Virus record (IMG/VR): IMGVR_UViG_3300037222_000100
Span: 32,001 to 96,000 of that record
From: a virus
Strand: one strand, 5' to 3'
DNA: 64,000 nt
Shown here piece by piece: positions 16,151 through 26,295 of the stretch. The first letter of the stretch is position 1. Every line of letters begins with the position of its first letter. The notes under the pieces were generated by a model. It saw nothing but the letters and a program-made list of their open reading frames with translations, was not told where the DNA came from and did no database searches. The position numbers were made by a program, and so were the translations under genes.

Positions 16151-16552
16151 ATGGCACTCTCTCAAGCTGAACGCGATGCTCGATACTACAAGCGCCACAA
16201 AGCAGCCATCCTTGCACGGCGCGATCTGAGCAAGATCATTGCTTGGCAGAAGAGACACGCGGCGAGATTCAAAGCCGCCCAACGACGCTACGGTGCGAGT
16301 CCAAAGGGCAAACGGACTATGCGCGCTAGCGCTGCCAATCGCAGGGCTCGTAAGCTGGATCAATTCATTGAGAACGTCGATCCTGAGATCGTCTACGAGA
16401 TGCATGGCGGCATGTGCGGCATCTGCAAGAAGTTTATCGACGGCGACTTCCACGTCGATCATGTCATCCCGCTCGTCAAGGGCGGCATGCATGGCTATGT
16501 CAATGTTCAGCCTGCGCATCCTAGCTGTAATCTACGCAAGGGCGCGACATAA
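16151..16552 (+). CDS. HNH endonuclease
   Basis: CGIC..HVDHVIPL.KGG.H...N...AH..CN. Confidence 0.9.
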   Translation: MALSQAERDARYYKRHKAAILARRDLSKIIAWQKRHAARFKAAQRRYGASPKGKRTMRASAANRRARKLDQFIENVDPEIVYEMHGGMCGICKKFIDGDFHVDHVIPLVKGGMHGYVNVQPAHPSCNLRKGAT

Positions 16553-16558
16553 TAGGTG

Positions 16559-16720
16559 ATGGTGATGACGAAGTATCAGAGCGTTGAGAAGGCGGAGGTC
16601 TTGACCCCCGACGAGCATCGACGCATTGAGGCAGGCTTGCATCGCCTAGGCAAGACCTCTGCGCAAGACCTCACTGAGGAGCAGCGTCAGCAGGTTCTTA
16701 GCCGTCCCGAGCAGAAGTAG
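16559..16720 (+). CDS. small hypothetical protein (53 aa, below ORF-track cutoff)
   Basis: MVMTKYQSVEKAEVLTPDEHRRIEAGLHRLGK...; AGGTG SD before the second ATG. Confidence 0.6.
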   Translation: MVMTKYQSVEKAEVLTPDEHRRIEAGLHRLGKTSAQDLTEEQRQQVLSRPEQK

Positions 16721-16807
16721 CCGGAACCCCTTTTGGGGACCTGCTATGCTCAACGAGATCAATCGGGCTGACGGTCTTAGACCGGCCCAAGAACGGAGAC
16801 AAATAGC

Positions 16808-17950
16808 ATGTCTGAGATACGCAGAGGAGCAGCAGCAATCCAGGAGGCAGCAGAATCTTCTGGCCAGGGCGGTTCGTGGAGGCCCTACCTACCTTCCATC
16901 TTCTGGAAGGAGGACAAAGAGGAGCGGTATGTCCTCTTCCTGAACGAGGTCGATGACATCCCGACCTTCGACATGATTCAGTTCATCCCGACCGAGAACG
17001 AATTTTACCAGGAAGCGGTGGCAAAGACTTCTGAGCCATTCAGCGAGCGGTACGACTTGTTCGAGAAGCAGTGGGACGCCAAGGCCGTTCAGCGCAGCGT
17101 CGCCATCGCGGTCGAGCTAGAGCCGGTCATCGAGGTCGTCAACGTCAACGGCAAAAACCGACGCAAGCCGGTTGGGTTCGAGGTCAAGACGGTCGAGTAC
17201 GAGCGTCGCATCCTTGACGAGGATGGCGAGGTCACTGACGAAACAGAAGAGGTCACGGCTCCGGCCATCGGGTACATCTCTCAGTCCCCGAACAACTTCT
17301 TCAACCACGTCACCAACTACGATGCGAATGATGCACCGATCACGGTGACGGCGCTGAAGATCACTCGCCTTGGCAAGGACAAGTCCACGTCCTACTCCGT
17401 TCAGGGGTATGACGAACAGCCCATCGACCTGTCGAATCTCGTTGCGTTCGTGGATGGCATCAGCTATCTCACCGACGAGATGGACGAGGTTGTTGAGACG
17501 GTTACGGAGCAATCCCCAGAGGATGCTGCGGCCTACCTCGGCAAACTCCTCCTCGACAAGCGCGAGGGAGAACTGTTGGACGACGACCGCTACCAGGAGT
17601 TGCTAGAGGGTGTCACGGAGTCGATGGACATCTACGGCAACAAGAAAGGTCGCAAAGGCAAGGGCAAAGACACCAAAGAGGGACGGCAGCCCCGTAGCTC
17701 ACGACGTAGCGCTACTCGCGCAGCGGCGGAGGCCGAGGATGCTGACGAGCCCAACGAGGAGTCCAGTGACCCGGAGCCTACGGAGGAGGTCGCTCCAAAG
17801 GGACGTACCCGGAAAACGGCTACGAAACCAGCAGCCAAAACGGCCAAAGCTAAAACAGCAGCCAAAAAATCCGCAACCAAACAGACTCCGCAGGAGCGGA
17901 TGAAGGAGTTGCGCGCACGCGCGGCTGAGAAAGCGGCTGCAAAGGCATAA
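16808..17950 (+). CDS. putative single-stranded DNA-binding protein (gp32-like)
   Basis: Sits between primase and polymerase; ITRLG....TSY motif; low-complexity C-terminal tail. Confidence 0.6.
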   Translation: MSEIRRGAAAIQEAAESSGQGGSWRPYLPSIFWKEDKEERYVLFLNEVDDIPTFDMIQFIPTENEFYQEAVAKTSEPFSERYDLFEKQWDAKAVQRSVAIAVELEPVIEVVNVNGKNRRKPVGFEVKTVEYERRILDEDGEVTDETEEVTAPAIGYISQSPNNFFNHVTNYDANDAPITVTALKITRLGKDKSTSYSVQGYDEQPIDLSNLVAFVDGISYLTDEMDEVVETVTEQSPEDAAAYLGKLLLDKREGELLDDDRYQELLEGVTESMDIYGNKKGRKGKGKDTKEGRQPRSSRRSATRAAAEAEDADEPNEESSDPEPTEEVAPKGRTRKTATKPAAKTAKAKTAAKKSATKQTPQERMKELRARAAEKAAAKA

Positions 17951-17953
17951 CGG

Positions 17954-18361
17954 GTGCTCAACCCGAAGAACATCGTTAGCCTGTGCGAGTGCGGGTGTAA
18001 TCAACCCGCCTCGCCAGGTAAGCGATTCATTAGTGGACACAATCGTCGGGGTAATGGAACCCGTGATCTGTTCTGCAAGAAGGGCCGTTGGTATGTCACT
18101 ACACGCATCTCCAATCAGCACATGCCCTGGTCCCATGTCGTCATGTGGGACAAGACGGGAACGCCGGTTGGTCCCGGTGAAATCGTCCATCACGAAGACG
18201 AAGATTTCCGCAACGACGACCCCGATAATTTGGTCCTCTATGCCTCTCAGACCGAGCACATGCTTGCCTGTCATCCTCAGGAGTGGGCGTGGCAGATGCT
18301 CAAAGCAGCCGTACGGGAGTTGGGTACCGACGCCGTTCGAGGTTACCTTGATGCTCAATAA
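17954..18361 (+). CDS. HNH endonuclease
   Basis: CECGC..FISGH N-terminus, VHHEDE...ND.PDNL. Confidence 0.85.
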   Translation: MLNPKNIVSLCECGCNQPASPGKRFISGHNRRGNGTRDLFCKKGRWYVTTRISNQHMPWSHVVMWDKTGTPVGPGEIVHHEDEDFRNDDPDNLVLYASQTEHMLACHPQEWAWQMLKAAVRELGTDAVRGYLDAQ

Positions 18362-18794
18362 CAAGAAAGGAATCGCGCTCTTCACCGATGGGTCGGCCTA
18401 TCACAAGGACGGCTCCGGTGGATGGGCGTGGGCAGCCATCGACTGTTTCGGCGGCGAAGAAATTGGTAGCGGCAGCGCTTCCGATGTCACGAACAATCAG
18501 ATGGAGATGACAGCATGGATCAAGGGGCTCGATCACCTGTTCGAGTCGCTTGGTTCATGCGATGTCCTCGTGTACAGCGATAGCCAGTACGTCGGATACG
18601 GCGCGATGGATAGGAAGCGAGCACGACGCAGGAACAAGGGCCTCTGGGTCAGCATCGACCTGGCGATAGATCAGCATCGCTACATCGAGTTCGTCTGGGT
18701 CAAGGGTCATCACGACAGCCACTACAATCAGTTGGTAGACGAGCTAGCCGGGAATGCCCGGAAGCAAGGACGCAATGAGCCTACACGTACATAG
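18351..18794 (+). CDS. rnhA: ribonuclease HI
   Basis: FTDGS, TNNQMEM, SDSQY, WVKGH, N..VD.LA. Confidence 0.93.
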   Translation: MLNNKKGIALFTDGSAYHKDGSGGWAWAAIDCFGGEEIGSGSASDVTNNQMEMTAWIKGLDHLFESLGSCDVLVYSDSQYVGYGAMDRKRARRRNKGLWVSIDLAIDQHRYIEFVWVKGHHDSHYNQLVDELAGNARKQGRNEPTRT

Positions 18795-21700
18795 CGAGTT
18801 CTCTTCCCTCGACGGCTGGTCCACAGTCGATGAGATCGGCGACCGCATGGTGGACATCGGCTGCCCCTTCTGCGGGCTGACCGATCACGGCGTTGTCGCT
18901 GGCCACATCGACTTCGACAAAGCCATGCGCAAGCGGGACATCAATCCCGTGTTCGGGGCCGAGCTATACCACGGCATAGACTTCGAGGGACTCAAGAAAC
19001 AAGACCGCGACCAGGCCCATCTCATCGCCCTCGCGATGACGGATGAAGGATTGAAGAACCTCTGGCGACTCGTCAACGCGACAGCCGACCACGATCACTT
19101 CCATCACGTTGGACGTGTGACAAACGAGGACATCGTGAAGTACAAGGAGGGCATCATGTTCACGTCGGCTTGCCCATTGGGGCTCGTGCCCAAGGGCCTG
19201 CTCCGAGGGGACACGACATACCTCAACTGGTACCTGGACAACCTGGGTGACAACTTCCGCATGGAGATCACGACGTACCCTGGCGATGCGGAGTGGCGAG
19301 ACAGAGACTCGGAGGATGAGGAGGCCGTCATCACCCCTCGCCTCATCAACGAACTCGTCATCGAGGCGGCTGACGAGCGAGGCGTACCGATCACCTATGG
19401 AGACGACGGACACTATGCCCGCCCAGATCAGTACCCGGAACATGACATGTACCTTGCTGCGCAGACACGGCAGTCGATCTACACGCCTGTCGAGGAGCGC
19501 AAGATGTGGCATCCGCCTAACGCGGTGTGCATCAAGGACGAGGGAATGGTGCGCGAGGCACTGCATTATCTATCAGAGGAGAGGGTAGATGAAGTACTAG
19601 CCAACACACGCGAGGTCGGAGAACGAGCCGATGCACATCTGCCTGCCGTAGATCGGCCGCATCTGCCGGTGTTCATTCCGCAGGACTGTCCATGGGTGGA
19701 GGAAGACGAGGAGCGCAACGCCACCGATCTCTTCATCGATCTCGTCGGCGAGGGCATCGACCGCATCTACGGCGGTACCGAGCGTGAGGAGGAGGCTTGG
19801 GCGAAAGCCACGCACGAGATGGAAGTGCTCATCGAGGACGGCCTGGAGCACTACTTCCTCATGGCATGGGATGTGGTCCAGTTCTGCAAGCTGGAACGGA
19901 TCAACATCGGTCCCGGAAGAGGCTCTTCCGCAGGAGCCATCGTCGCATACGCACTCGGCATCACGGACGTAGACCCGCTGCACTACGACTTGTACTTCGA
20001 GCGCTTCTGGAACAAGGGCCGTACCGAGGGCTTTCCTGACATCGACACGGACTTCGCCAAGTCTCGACGCGAAGAGATTCGCGAGTACCTGATCGAGCGA
20101 TGGGGTGAGAAGCGCGTCTGCTCCATCGGGACGATCACTCGCATGAAGCCCATCGCCGTCATCGAGAAGCTCGCTGTGGCTTGTGAAATCGGTCACGGGG
20201 ACATGGAACACCTGAAGAAAATCGTCAAGCAGACGAAGGACATCGAGATTCACGGCCACGAACAGATCGGTTGGAGCCCCGAGCGCGAGCCAGACAAGGT
20301 GATCTACATCAACTCTTCCACGGAGCAGAACCCGGAGGGGGACAAGGTAGGACAGGAAATCGAGGAGTGGATCGGGACAGACAAGAAGCGACGCAAGTAC
20401 ATCGAGATGTGCGAAGCTGCTTGCTCCCGGAACTCGAACTACGGCATCCATGCTTCCGGAATAGTCGTGTCGGATATCGATCTGGAAGACTACGCTCCTG
20501 CGTATCTGCGCGGAGGTAAGGCGGAGGGTATTCCAGCCACGCTCTTCCCGATGAGCGAGATCGACAAGCTCAAGCTGATGAAGCTCGATGTCCTGGGACT
20601 CAAGACGCTCGACACCCTCGCCGAGTGGGACATTCTCATGGAGGAGAAAGGCGTTACGACCGAGTGGTCTGGGCTCGACCGCGAGAAGCATCCTGAGGAG
20701 ATGTGGGACCTCATGGAAGAAGGATTCGTGTCCGGCGTCTTCCAGTGCGAGACGCACGCGGGCAAGGACCTGGCAGAACGACTCAAAATGCGCTCTATCG
20801 AGGACCTTGGTGTGCTCGTGGCGCTCAACCGTCCGGGTCCGCAGCGTGCGGGTGTGCCGAACCGCTACATCGCACGCAAAGAGGGGCGGAGTGAGATCAC
20901 CTACCCGCACCCGATGCTCGAAGAACTGCTCAAGCCGACCTATGGACTGTTCGTCTATCAGGAGCAGATCATTAGGTTCATGGGGGCGCTTGGCTACTCC
21001 CTCGGCGACGCTGATGCCATGCGCAAGATACTTGGTAAGAAGCAGCCCGAGAAGCTGACCGCGTTGCTCCAGGGTAAGGGTGAATGGAAGGGCAAGGGCT
21101 TCCTGGAGACGGCTGTGGAGAAAGGCTTCACGAAGAGCCAGGCCAAAGCGGTGTGGGATGACATCGTAGGCTTCGCGAGCTACTCGTTCAACAAGAGTCA
21201 CTCCATCGCCTACGCGATCATCGCGTTCCGTTGCCTGTACGCCAAGTACTACGGCCCGCAAGAGTTCTACATCGCTTGCATCCGTACGGTGGCTAAGGAC
21301 AAACGAGCAGAACTGACGCCGGAGTACATCAAGGAGGCTCGTCGTATGGACATCAAGGTATTGCCTCCAGACATTCGTCACTCGAAGAGTCAGGTGGACG
21401 TACATGACGGCAACATCTACTTCGGGTTCTCGGACATCAAGGGCGTGGGCATAGGCGGTGCGTATCTCGTCAAACTACGCGACGAGAAGGGTCTGGACGT
21501 GTCGTCTCCTGAGGCTCTAGAGGAGGCACTGAACGAGTTCAACGAAGAAGAGCTTACAGCCAAGAAGGAAGCGCTCAAGGAGGGCCATCCCTTTCCCGCC
21601 GATTGGAAGTCACCAAAGCAGGTCCTCAATGAGAAGAAGCTCTCCCTCGTGTGTGCGGTTGGCGCATGGGATGCGCTAGAGGGCTCCATCGATCTGAGAT

Positions 21701-22164
21701 CGAAGCAGAAGTTCGAGCAGGAGTTCCTCAACGTGATCCTGACCGACGACACGGAGGAGATACTAGAAGCTCACGCAGAGGAGATCGAGGAGAAGTGTGA
21801 CGACTTCCGAGTCGCTGCTATGGCATGGGAGGATCGAGAAAGCGATCCGGAATTGGAGTACGAGTGGGTGGACGGCGATGGAGATGAGATTCCGATGAAG
21901 GATCGGCATCGAGAATTCCGCGTATGTGGTATCATCACTGGTGTAAAACCAACCAAGGTGAGGGCCACCGGTAAGGCGATGGGCATCGTCACAATTGAGA
22001 GCGGACGACATGAGTTGACCTTCGCGTGCTTCTCGAACAAGTGGCCTACGAACAAGGCTCTCTTCAGACCACACAGCGTCGGTATCTTCACTATTCGTCA
22101 CTCCCCTCCAAGCGGCAAACGCGGCGAGGGCTACAACTTCGAGAAGGGGCATCTACTGAAATGA
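18775..22164 (+). CDS. dnaE: DNA polymerase III alpha subunit
   Basis: PHP motifs LHVHSEFS/TDHG, GRGSSAG, PDIDTDF, KLDVLGL, YSFNKSH. Confidence 0.96.
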   Translation: MSLHVHSEFSSLDGWSTVDEIGDRMVDIGCPFCGLTDHGVVAGHIDFDKAMRKRDINPVFGAELYHGIDFEGLKKQDRDQAHLIALAMTDEGLKNLWRLVNATADHDHFHHVGRVTNEDIVKYKEGIMFTSACPLGLVPKGLLRGDTTYLNWYLDNLGDNFRMEITTYPGDAEWRDRDSEDEEAVITPRLINELVIEAADERGVPITYGDDGHYARPDQYPEHDMYLAAQTRQSIYTPVEERKMWHPPNAVCIKDEGMVREALHYLSEERVDEVLANTREVGERADAHLPAVDRPHLPVFIPQDCPWVEEDEERNATDLFIDLVGEGIDRIYGGTEREEEAWAKATHEMEVLIEDGLEHYFLMAWDVVQFCKLERINIGPGRGSSAGAIVAYALGITDVDPLHYDLYFERFWNKGRTEGFPDIDTDFAKSRREEIREYLIERWGEKRVCSIGTITRMKPIAVIEKLAVACEIGHGDMEHLKKIVKQTKDIEIHGHEQIGWSPEREPDKVIYINSSTEQNPEGDKVGQEIEEWIGTDKKRRKYIEMCEAACSRNSNYGIHASGIVVSDIDLEDYAPAYLRGGKAEGIPATLFPMSEIDKLKLMKLDVLGLKTLDTLAEWDILMEEKGVTTEWSGLDREKHPEEMWDLMEEGFVSGVFQCETHAGKDLAERLKMRSIEDLGVLVALNRPGPQRAGVPNRYIARKEGRSEITYPHPMLEELLKPTYGLFVYQEQIIRFMGALGYSLGDADAMRKILGKKQPEKLTALLQGKGEWKGKGFLETAVEKGFTKSQAKAVWDDIVGFASYSFNKSHSIAYAIIAFRCLYAKYYGPQEFYIACIRTVAKDKRAELTPEYIKEARRMDIKVLPPDIRHSKSQVDVHDGNIYFGFSDIKGVGIGGAYLVKLRDEKGLDVSSPEALEEALNEFNEEELTAKKEALKEGHPFPADWKSPKQVLNEKKLSLVCAVGAWDALEGSIDLRSKQKFEQEFLNVILTDDTEEILEAHAEEIEEKCDDFRVAAMAWEDRESDPELEYEWVDGDGDEIPMKDRHREFRVCGIITGVKPTKVRATGKAMGIVTIESGRHELTFACFSNKWPTNKALFRPHSVGIFTIRHSPPSGKRGEGYNFEKGHLLK

Positions 22165-23246
22165 GTAGGGACACACAACGGAAGCAGCTTGAAAAGATTC
22201 GTCACAAGACGGTGGAGAACTTCGGCCTGCATTCGTCCGTCCTCGGCAGTGAGAAGTACACGCTCAACGTCGTCCCGTCCCCATCATTGATGTTGGACTT
22301 CAAGCTAGGCCGAGGCGGATTCCCTTACGGAGGCATGGTCGAGGTATTCGGGGGCAACGGCTTGGGCAAGACCACTTGCATCGGTTACGGCACGCTCGCT
22401 AACGTGCAGCGCCAGGGTAAGCTCCCGGCACTCATCGCCATGGAGCCTAACTGGGACGCCGACTGGGCGTTCAAACTTCACGGGCTCGATCCCGACCTCA
22501 TCCTGGTCCAGCGTCCTGACAACGTACAAGAGGCGTTTGCCATGCTCTACGATCTCGTGTACGAGACGGACATCGACTACATCTTGGTCGATTCCATTGG
22601 GGCGATGGGCGATCAGTCCGTACAGGGCGAGGATGTCAAGACGAAGGCGTATGGGGTGTCCGGAGCAGTCACGTCGGGACTCAATGCCATCATGCCTCGG
22701 CTCTTCAAGTCGAACAAGGGCCTCATGCTTCTCAATCAGCAACGCCAGGGCTCTGGTGGTACACAGACGTGGTACGAGTCTCCCGGCGGTGAGGCGCTCA
22801 AGCATCACGCGCTCGTACGCATCCAACTGAAGCCTGGTGACAAGAAATACAAAGCGAAAATCGATGGCAAGGATGTCCTCGTCGGACGCGAACTCAAGTG
22901 TGTGTTCAAGAAGAACAAGATGGCGCAGGCAGCCAGCAAGTCAGCCGAGTTCGATTTCTACAACATCGAATCGGAGGATTACGGCATCCTCGGCGTGGAC
23001 CGTGTGTCCGATGTCATCAAGACGGCGAAGGTGGCGGGCGTCATCAAAGGAAGCAGTTGGCTGGAGCACCAGGTCTTCCCCAAAGGCAAAGTTCAGGGCA
23101 TTGTCAAGGCCCGGAAATTCTTCCAGGCCAATCCCGAGGCATTTGATGTGATCCGCAGCGATGTGATGGCCGTGATGATTCAGAACGAGCTACTCGCAGC
23201 CGAGGCGAATGGCGAGCGGCCTGCGCTCAAGGTAGTCGAGGCGTGA
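22161..23246 (+). CDS. recA: RecA/UvsX-like recombinase
   Basis: GGFPYG.MVEVFGGNGLGKTT, VDSI, NQ.R, PGGEALKH. Confidence 0.92.
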   Translation: MSRDTQRKQLEKIRHKTVENFGLHSSVLGSEKYTLNVVPSPSLMLDFKLGRGGFPYGGMVEVFGGNGLGKTTCIGYGTLANVQRQGKLPALIAMEPNWDADWAFKLHGLDPDLILVQRPDNVQEAFAMLYDLVYETDIDYILVDSIGAMGDQSVQGEDVKTKAYGVSGAVTSGLNAIMPRLFKSNKGLMLLNQQRQGSGGTQTWYESPGGEALKHHALVRIQLKPGDKKYKAKIDGKDVLVGRELKCVFKKNKMAQAASKSAEFDFYNIESEDYGILGVDRVSDVIKTAKVAGVIKGSSWLEHQVFPKGKVQGIVKARKFFQANPEAFDVIRSDVMAVMIQNELLAAEANGERPALKVVEA

Positions 23247-23585
23247 ATGGCCCATCGAGGCACTGTCAAGCGCCTCTCGGTTGATCACGAGGAACACGTC
23301 GCTCGTCTCTACGGAGGAAAGCGGTCACCATCGTCCGGGGGTGCCGGACATGACAATGGCGATGTCAGATGTCCGACACTGCTGGTAGAGTGTAAGGCCA
23401 CGATGAACGCTCGCCCCAAGGTCCTCAAAGAGTTCGAAAAGATCGCCAAGGAGGCATATGCTGAGGGCCGCACGCCCGCTCTGGCTCTCCGCTATTTCGC
23501 CCCCGAGAGCATTCTTGCTGACGTGGGCGGTTGGGTGGACTTGATCGTGTACAACGTGAAGGACGACCATGATCAAGCTCGATAA
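23247..23585 (+). CDS. PD-(D/E)XK nuclease (Holliday-resolvase-like)
   Basis: SGG...GDV.....LVECK. Confidence 0.75.
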   Translation: MAHRGTVKRLSVDHEEHVARLYGGKRSPSSGGAGHDNGDVRCPTLLVECKATMNARPKVLKEFEKIAKEAYAEGRTPALALRYFAPESILADVGGWVDLIVYNVKDDHDQAR

Positions 23586-24324
23586 GGGAATCGACAAGGA
23601 CAAGATCGTCCGCAACCTCGGCAAGAAGTACAAGCTCGTGCCGCATCTGGAGCGTGCATTCAAAGACTTCGAGGACGCGTGGGAGTTTCGCTACGAGGAA
23701 AAGGAGCACGATCAGGCGTGGCATCCTTCGGGCCATTGCACAGAGCCCCCGACCCTGCTCTACAAGATCGCGACCGGCGAGACAGACGGCTTTGGTGAGA
23801 TATCTACGTCACTCCGCAAGACCTTCCAGGTCGGTCACTTCTGGCATCAGCTTCTCCAGTACGTCGTGGTCAACAAACTGGAGATGTGTAGGCCGGAGGC
23901 TGTCGAGCGCGTAGCCACGAAGGACTGGTCCGCTAAGAAGGACCAGCAACCCTATCACTGGGTACGAGGCTCCGGCGACCTCGCTCCGGTAGAAACCCCT
24001 AGCTGGAAGGGACTCGTAGACTTCAAGACCATGCACGCGCAGGCGTTCAAAGAGGCACGGATACCCGCGCGGTTCGAGGCCAAGTATGAGTGCCAGATCA
24101 ACATCTACATGGACCTGTTTGATGAGGATGAAGCGATCATCCTTCCTATCAACAAGGATAGTGGAGAATTCAAGGAGTTCCTCTACGAGCGCAATCAGGA
24201 CCTCATCGATGTGATCTACGAGAAGTGGGAATTCGTATCGGCCTGCGTCGATGCTGGTGAACCACCCACAGACATGGATGACGAGATGTTCCCACTCCCT
24301 CTAACGGGACCGATCTCCGTATGA
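23569..24324 (+). CDS. Cas4-like PD-(D/E)XK exonuclease
   Basis: HPS..C, G..D...VDFKT, QINIYM. Confidence 0.8.
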   Translation: MIKLDKGIDKDKIVRNLGKKYKLVPHLERAFKDFEDAWEFRYEEKEHDQAWHPSGHCTEPPTLLYKIATGETDGFGEISTSLRKTFQVGHFWHQLLQYVVVNKLEMCRPEAVERVATKDWSAKKDQQPYHWVRGSGDLAPVETPSWKGLVDFKTMHAQAFKEARIPARFEAKYECQINIYMDLFDEDEAIILPINKDSGEFKEFLYERNQDLIDVIYEKWEFVSACVDAGEPPTDMDDEMFPLPLTGPISV

Positions 24325-24857
24325 GCAACATCATGGCCATGGACCCCGGTGCCACGCGCGCAGGGTGGGCTATCCTCGGTGACTATCCTCCTGCGCCACC
24401 GACTTACATAGCCTCCGGCGTCGAGCACTGTCCCCGACTGAGCAAGAAGCACCCATTTCAGAAGTACCGCATGGAACTGACCGATTACTGGGTAGGCAAG
24501 GCCCACGAGTTGATTGAAGAGTACAACCCTAGCCTTCTGATCTCCGAGACGGTCCCTTCGCGCGGCGCTGGCATCCCTGAGCAGTTGTACGTGGCCAACG
24601 TGATGATCACCACCGTTCACGCAATTGCCATTGCCTACGGCATTCCTGTGGAGCAGGTATCGGCGCGTACAGTGCAGGCGAAAATGGCTCTGCGCAAGCC
24701 AAATGTGAAAGTGACGAAACCTCAGGTCCGCAACGGTGTACTTACTCATCTACCGGAAATGAAGGAGAGGTTGATGAAGAATGTCAAAGTATTCGAGGAG
24801 TCTGATGCACTAGCCATAGGGTTGTGGTACCTAGGGGTACAAACCAATGTGCTATAG
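24321..24857 (+). CDS. ruvC: RuvC-like resolvase
   Basis: MAMDPG...GWA, ISE, ESDALAI. Confidence 0.85.
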   Translation: MSNIMAMDPGATRAGWAILGDYPPAPPTYIASGVEHCPRLSKKHPFQKYRMELTDYWVGKAHELIEEYNPSLLISETVPSRGAGIPEQLYVANVMITTVHAIAIAYGIPVEQVSARTVQAKMALRKPNVKVTKPQVRNGVLTHLPEMKERLMKNVKVFEESDALAIGLWYLGVQTNVL

Positions 24858-24866
24858 TGGACACAA

Positions 24867-25262
24867 ATGGTCGCTGCAAAAAAGAGCAACAAACCTACCG
24901 CGCCCATCCCGCTGCATCGAATACTCCGCGAGGTTCTAAGGCACTACACCGAGTATCGTGAACTGGTCAACTCGGACGGTCGGCTTCACGTCCTCGACTA
25001 TGGGTACTGGGTCTACAACGAGGATGGCACGCGCTCTCACAAGGAGCACGTCTCAATCTCCTTCTGGGACCTGCACAACGGTCTTCAGGAACTAGCCCCT
25101 CGCAAGCGCGAGGCGATCTTTTACAACGTCATCCTTGACATGAAGCAGAAGGATGTTGCCAAGATCATGGGTATAACTACCGTGAGCATTGGTCAGTACG
25201 TCGAGGCAGGCACGATCCAACTCGCCAAGAAGTACTTCGCAGAGGTACCCGATGGCGACTGA
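24867..25262 (+). CDS. stand-alone sigma-70 region 4 HTH protein
   Basis: L..L.PR.REAI.......M.Q.DVA..MGIT..SI pattern; 131 aa; no region 2 recognisable. Confidence 0.75.
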   Translation: MVAAKKSNKPTAPIPLHRILREVLRHYTEYRELVNSDGRLHVLDYGYWVYNEDGTRSHKEHVSISFWDLHNGLQELAPRKREAIFYNVILDMKQKDVAKIMGITTVSIGQYVEAGTIQLAKKYFAEVPDGD

Positions 25263-25815
25263 GGTCGAGGACGAGGATTACGACATCCTTGAGGCTGAAG
25301 AGCAGGATGCCGTCTTTGACCCGGCCCGGAAGTACACGTCGGAAGAGCTAGTTGCCTTTGCCGACCAACTCCTTCGCGAGGATTCGAACCGAGAGTTATG
25401 CCGCAAGTGCAAGGCGAAGGATGACGACGGAGACTGGCTGCCCTACGGAGAAGAGACGGGTCAGGTCGAGTCCGTTCCGCAATACGACGATGGAGGGGAG
25501 CCGCTTCTCGATGACGAGGGCAACCAGCTATACTTGGAGTTCCCCGAACTGAAGTGCGAGAAAGGGCACAGGTGGTTCCACGGAGAGGGTCAGCGCCGGG
25601 ACATCCGAGGACCGAATCCGATCCTCTTTGAGAGTCACTTGTACAATCGCAAACGTCGAGAGATTTACACAGAGTCAGGCACACCCGATCCAGCGTTCAC
25701 AATGGATAGGCACGGTAGACCCACACAGGGCATGTACAATCGCAGTCACCCCGAGGGACGCAAGATCAATACTAAGACTCAGCGCGCCAAAAACGGAGCC
25801 AGTTACTATCGTTAG
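25252..25815 (+). CDS. hypothetical protein (paralog of 61611-62252)
   Basis: CRKC/CEKGH zinc ligands; conserved C-terminal block shared with 61611-62252. Confidence 0.75.
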   Translation: MATEVEDEDYDILEAEEQDAVFDPARKYTSEELVAFADQLLREDSNRELCRKCKAKDDDGDWLPYGEETGQVESVPQYDDGGEPLLDDEGNQLYLEFPELKCEKGHRWFHGEGQRRDIRGPNPILFESHLYNRKRREIYTESGTPDPAFTMDRHGRPTQGMYNRSHPEGRKINTKTQRAKNGASYYR

Positions 25816-25860
25816 ACTGATGTGCTATACCCCCAACAACAAACGATAGAAGGAGAAGTG

Positions 25861-26295
25861 ATGAAGACAACAGAGATGAACGGTCCAGCGCTACTTGAAT
25901 GGTGTGGCACTGACGCCGCTCGATGGGCACAAGCATTCGCCGAACATTCACCTGCCGGTCCCGATGAGAAATGGGACGAGGGCTTTTTGATCGGGTGGTT
26001 CGCCAACGCCATGTGCATGGCAGACGAGGAGCGACGTGCCAAGGAGGAGAAGACGACCATCGAAACCCTCGGCTTGCTCTCAGCCGTATTGGCCGACCAC
26101 AGTGGCGCATGGGACGGGCTCGCGCCCAACTGGTTCCCACAGCCACCCGAGTGGCTTCAGCTATGGCGAGAGTGCGAGGACGTAATCACCTGCGATCCTG
26201 ATGCACCCGACAAGCCGACGATCACCTACAAGGTCGCTCCAGGACCGGGCCACGCACAGGCGTTCCTAGATCGACTCGAAGCGATAGATGGATAA
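25861..26295 (+). CDS. hypothetical protein
   Basis: SD AAGGAG; DAARWA..F...WFANA motif. Confidence 0.65.
   Translation: MKTTEMNGPALLEWCGTDAARWAQAFAEHSPAGPDEKWDEGFLIGWFANAMCMADEERRAKEEKTTIETLGLLSAVLADHSGAWDGLAPNWFPQPPEWLQLWRECEDVITCDPDAPDKPTITYKVAPGPGHAQAFLDRLEAIDG

Noticed and set aside
19597-21405. 602-aa antisense ORF, and similar ones such as 14040-15035
   Set aside because: These are shadow frames of GC-rich genes (dnaE, dnaB) with no motifs.
18775-22164. Intein or intron in dnaE, nrdJ, dnaB or recA
   Set aside because: Lengths are normal, motifs are contiguous, and no intein boundary signatures were seen.
23569-24324. Cas4-like gene as evidence of a CRISPR system
   Set aside because: There is no array or other cas gene; such nucleases are routine in phage recombination modules.
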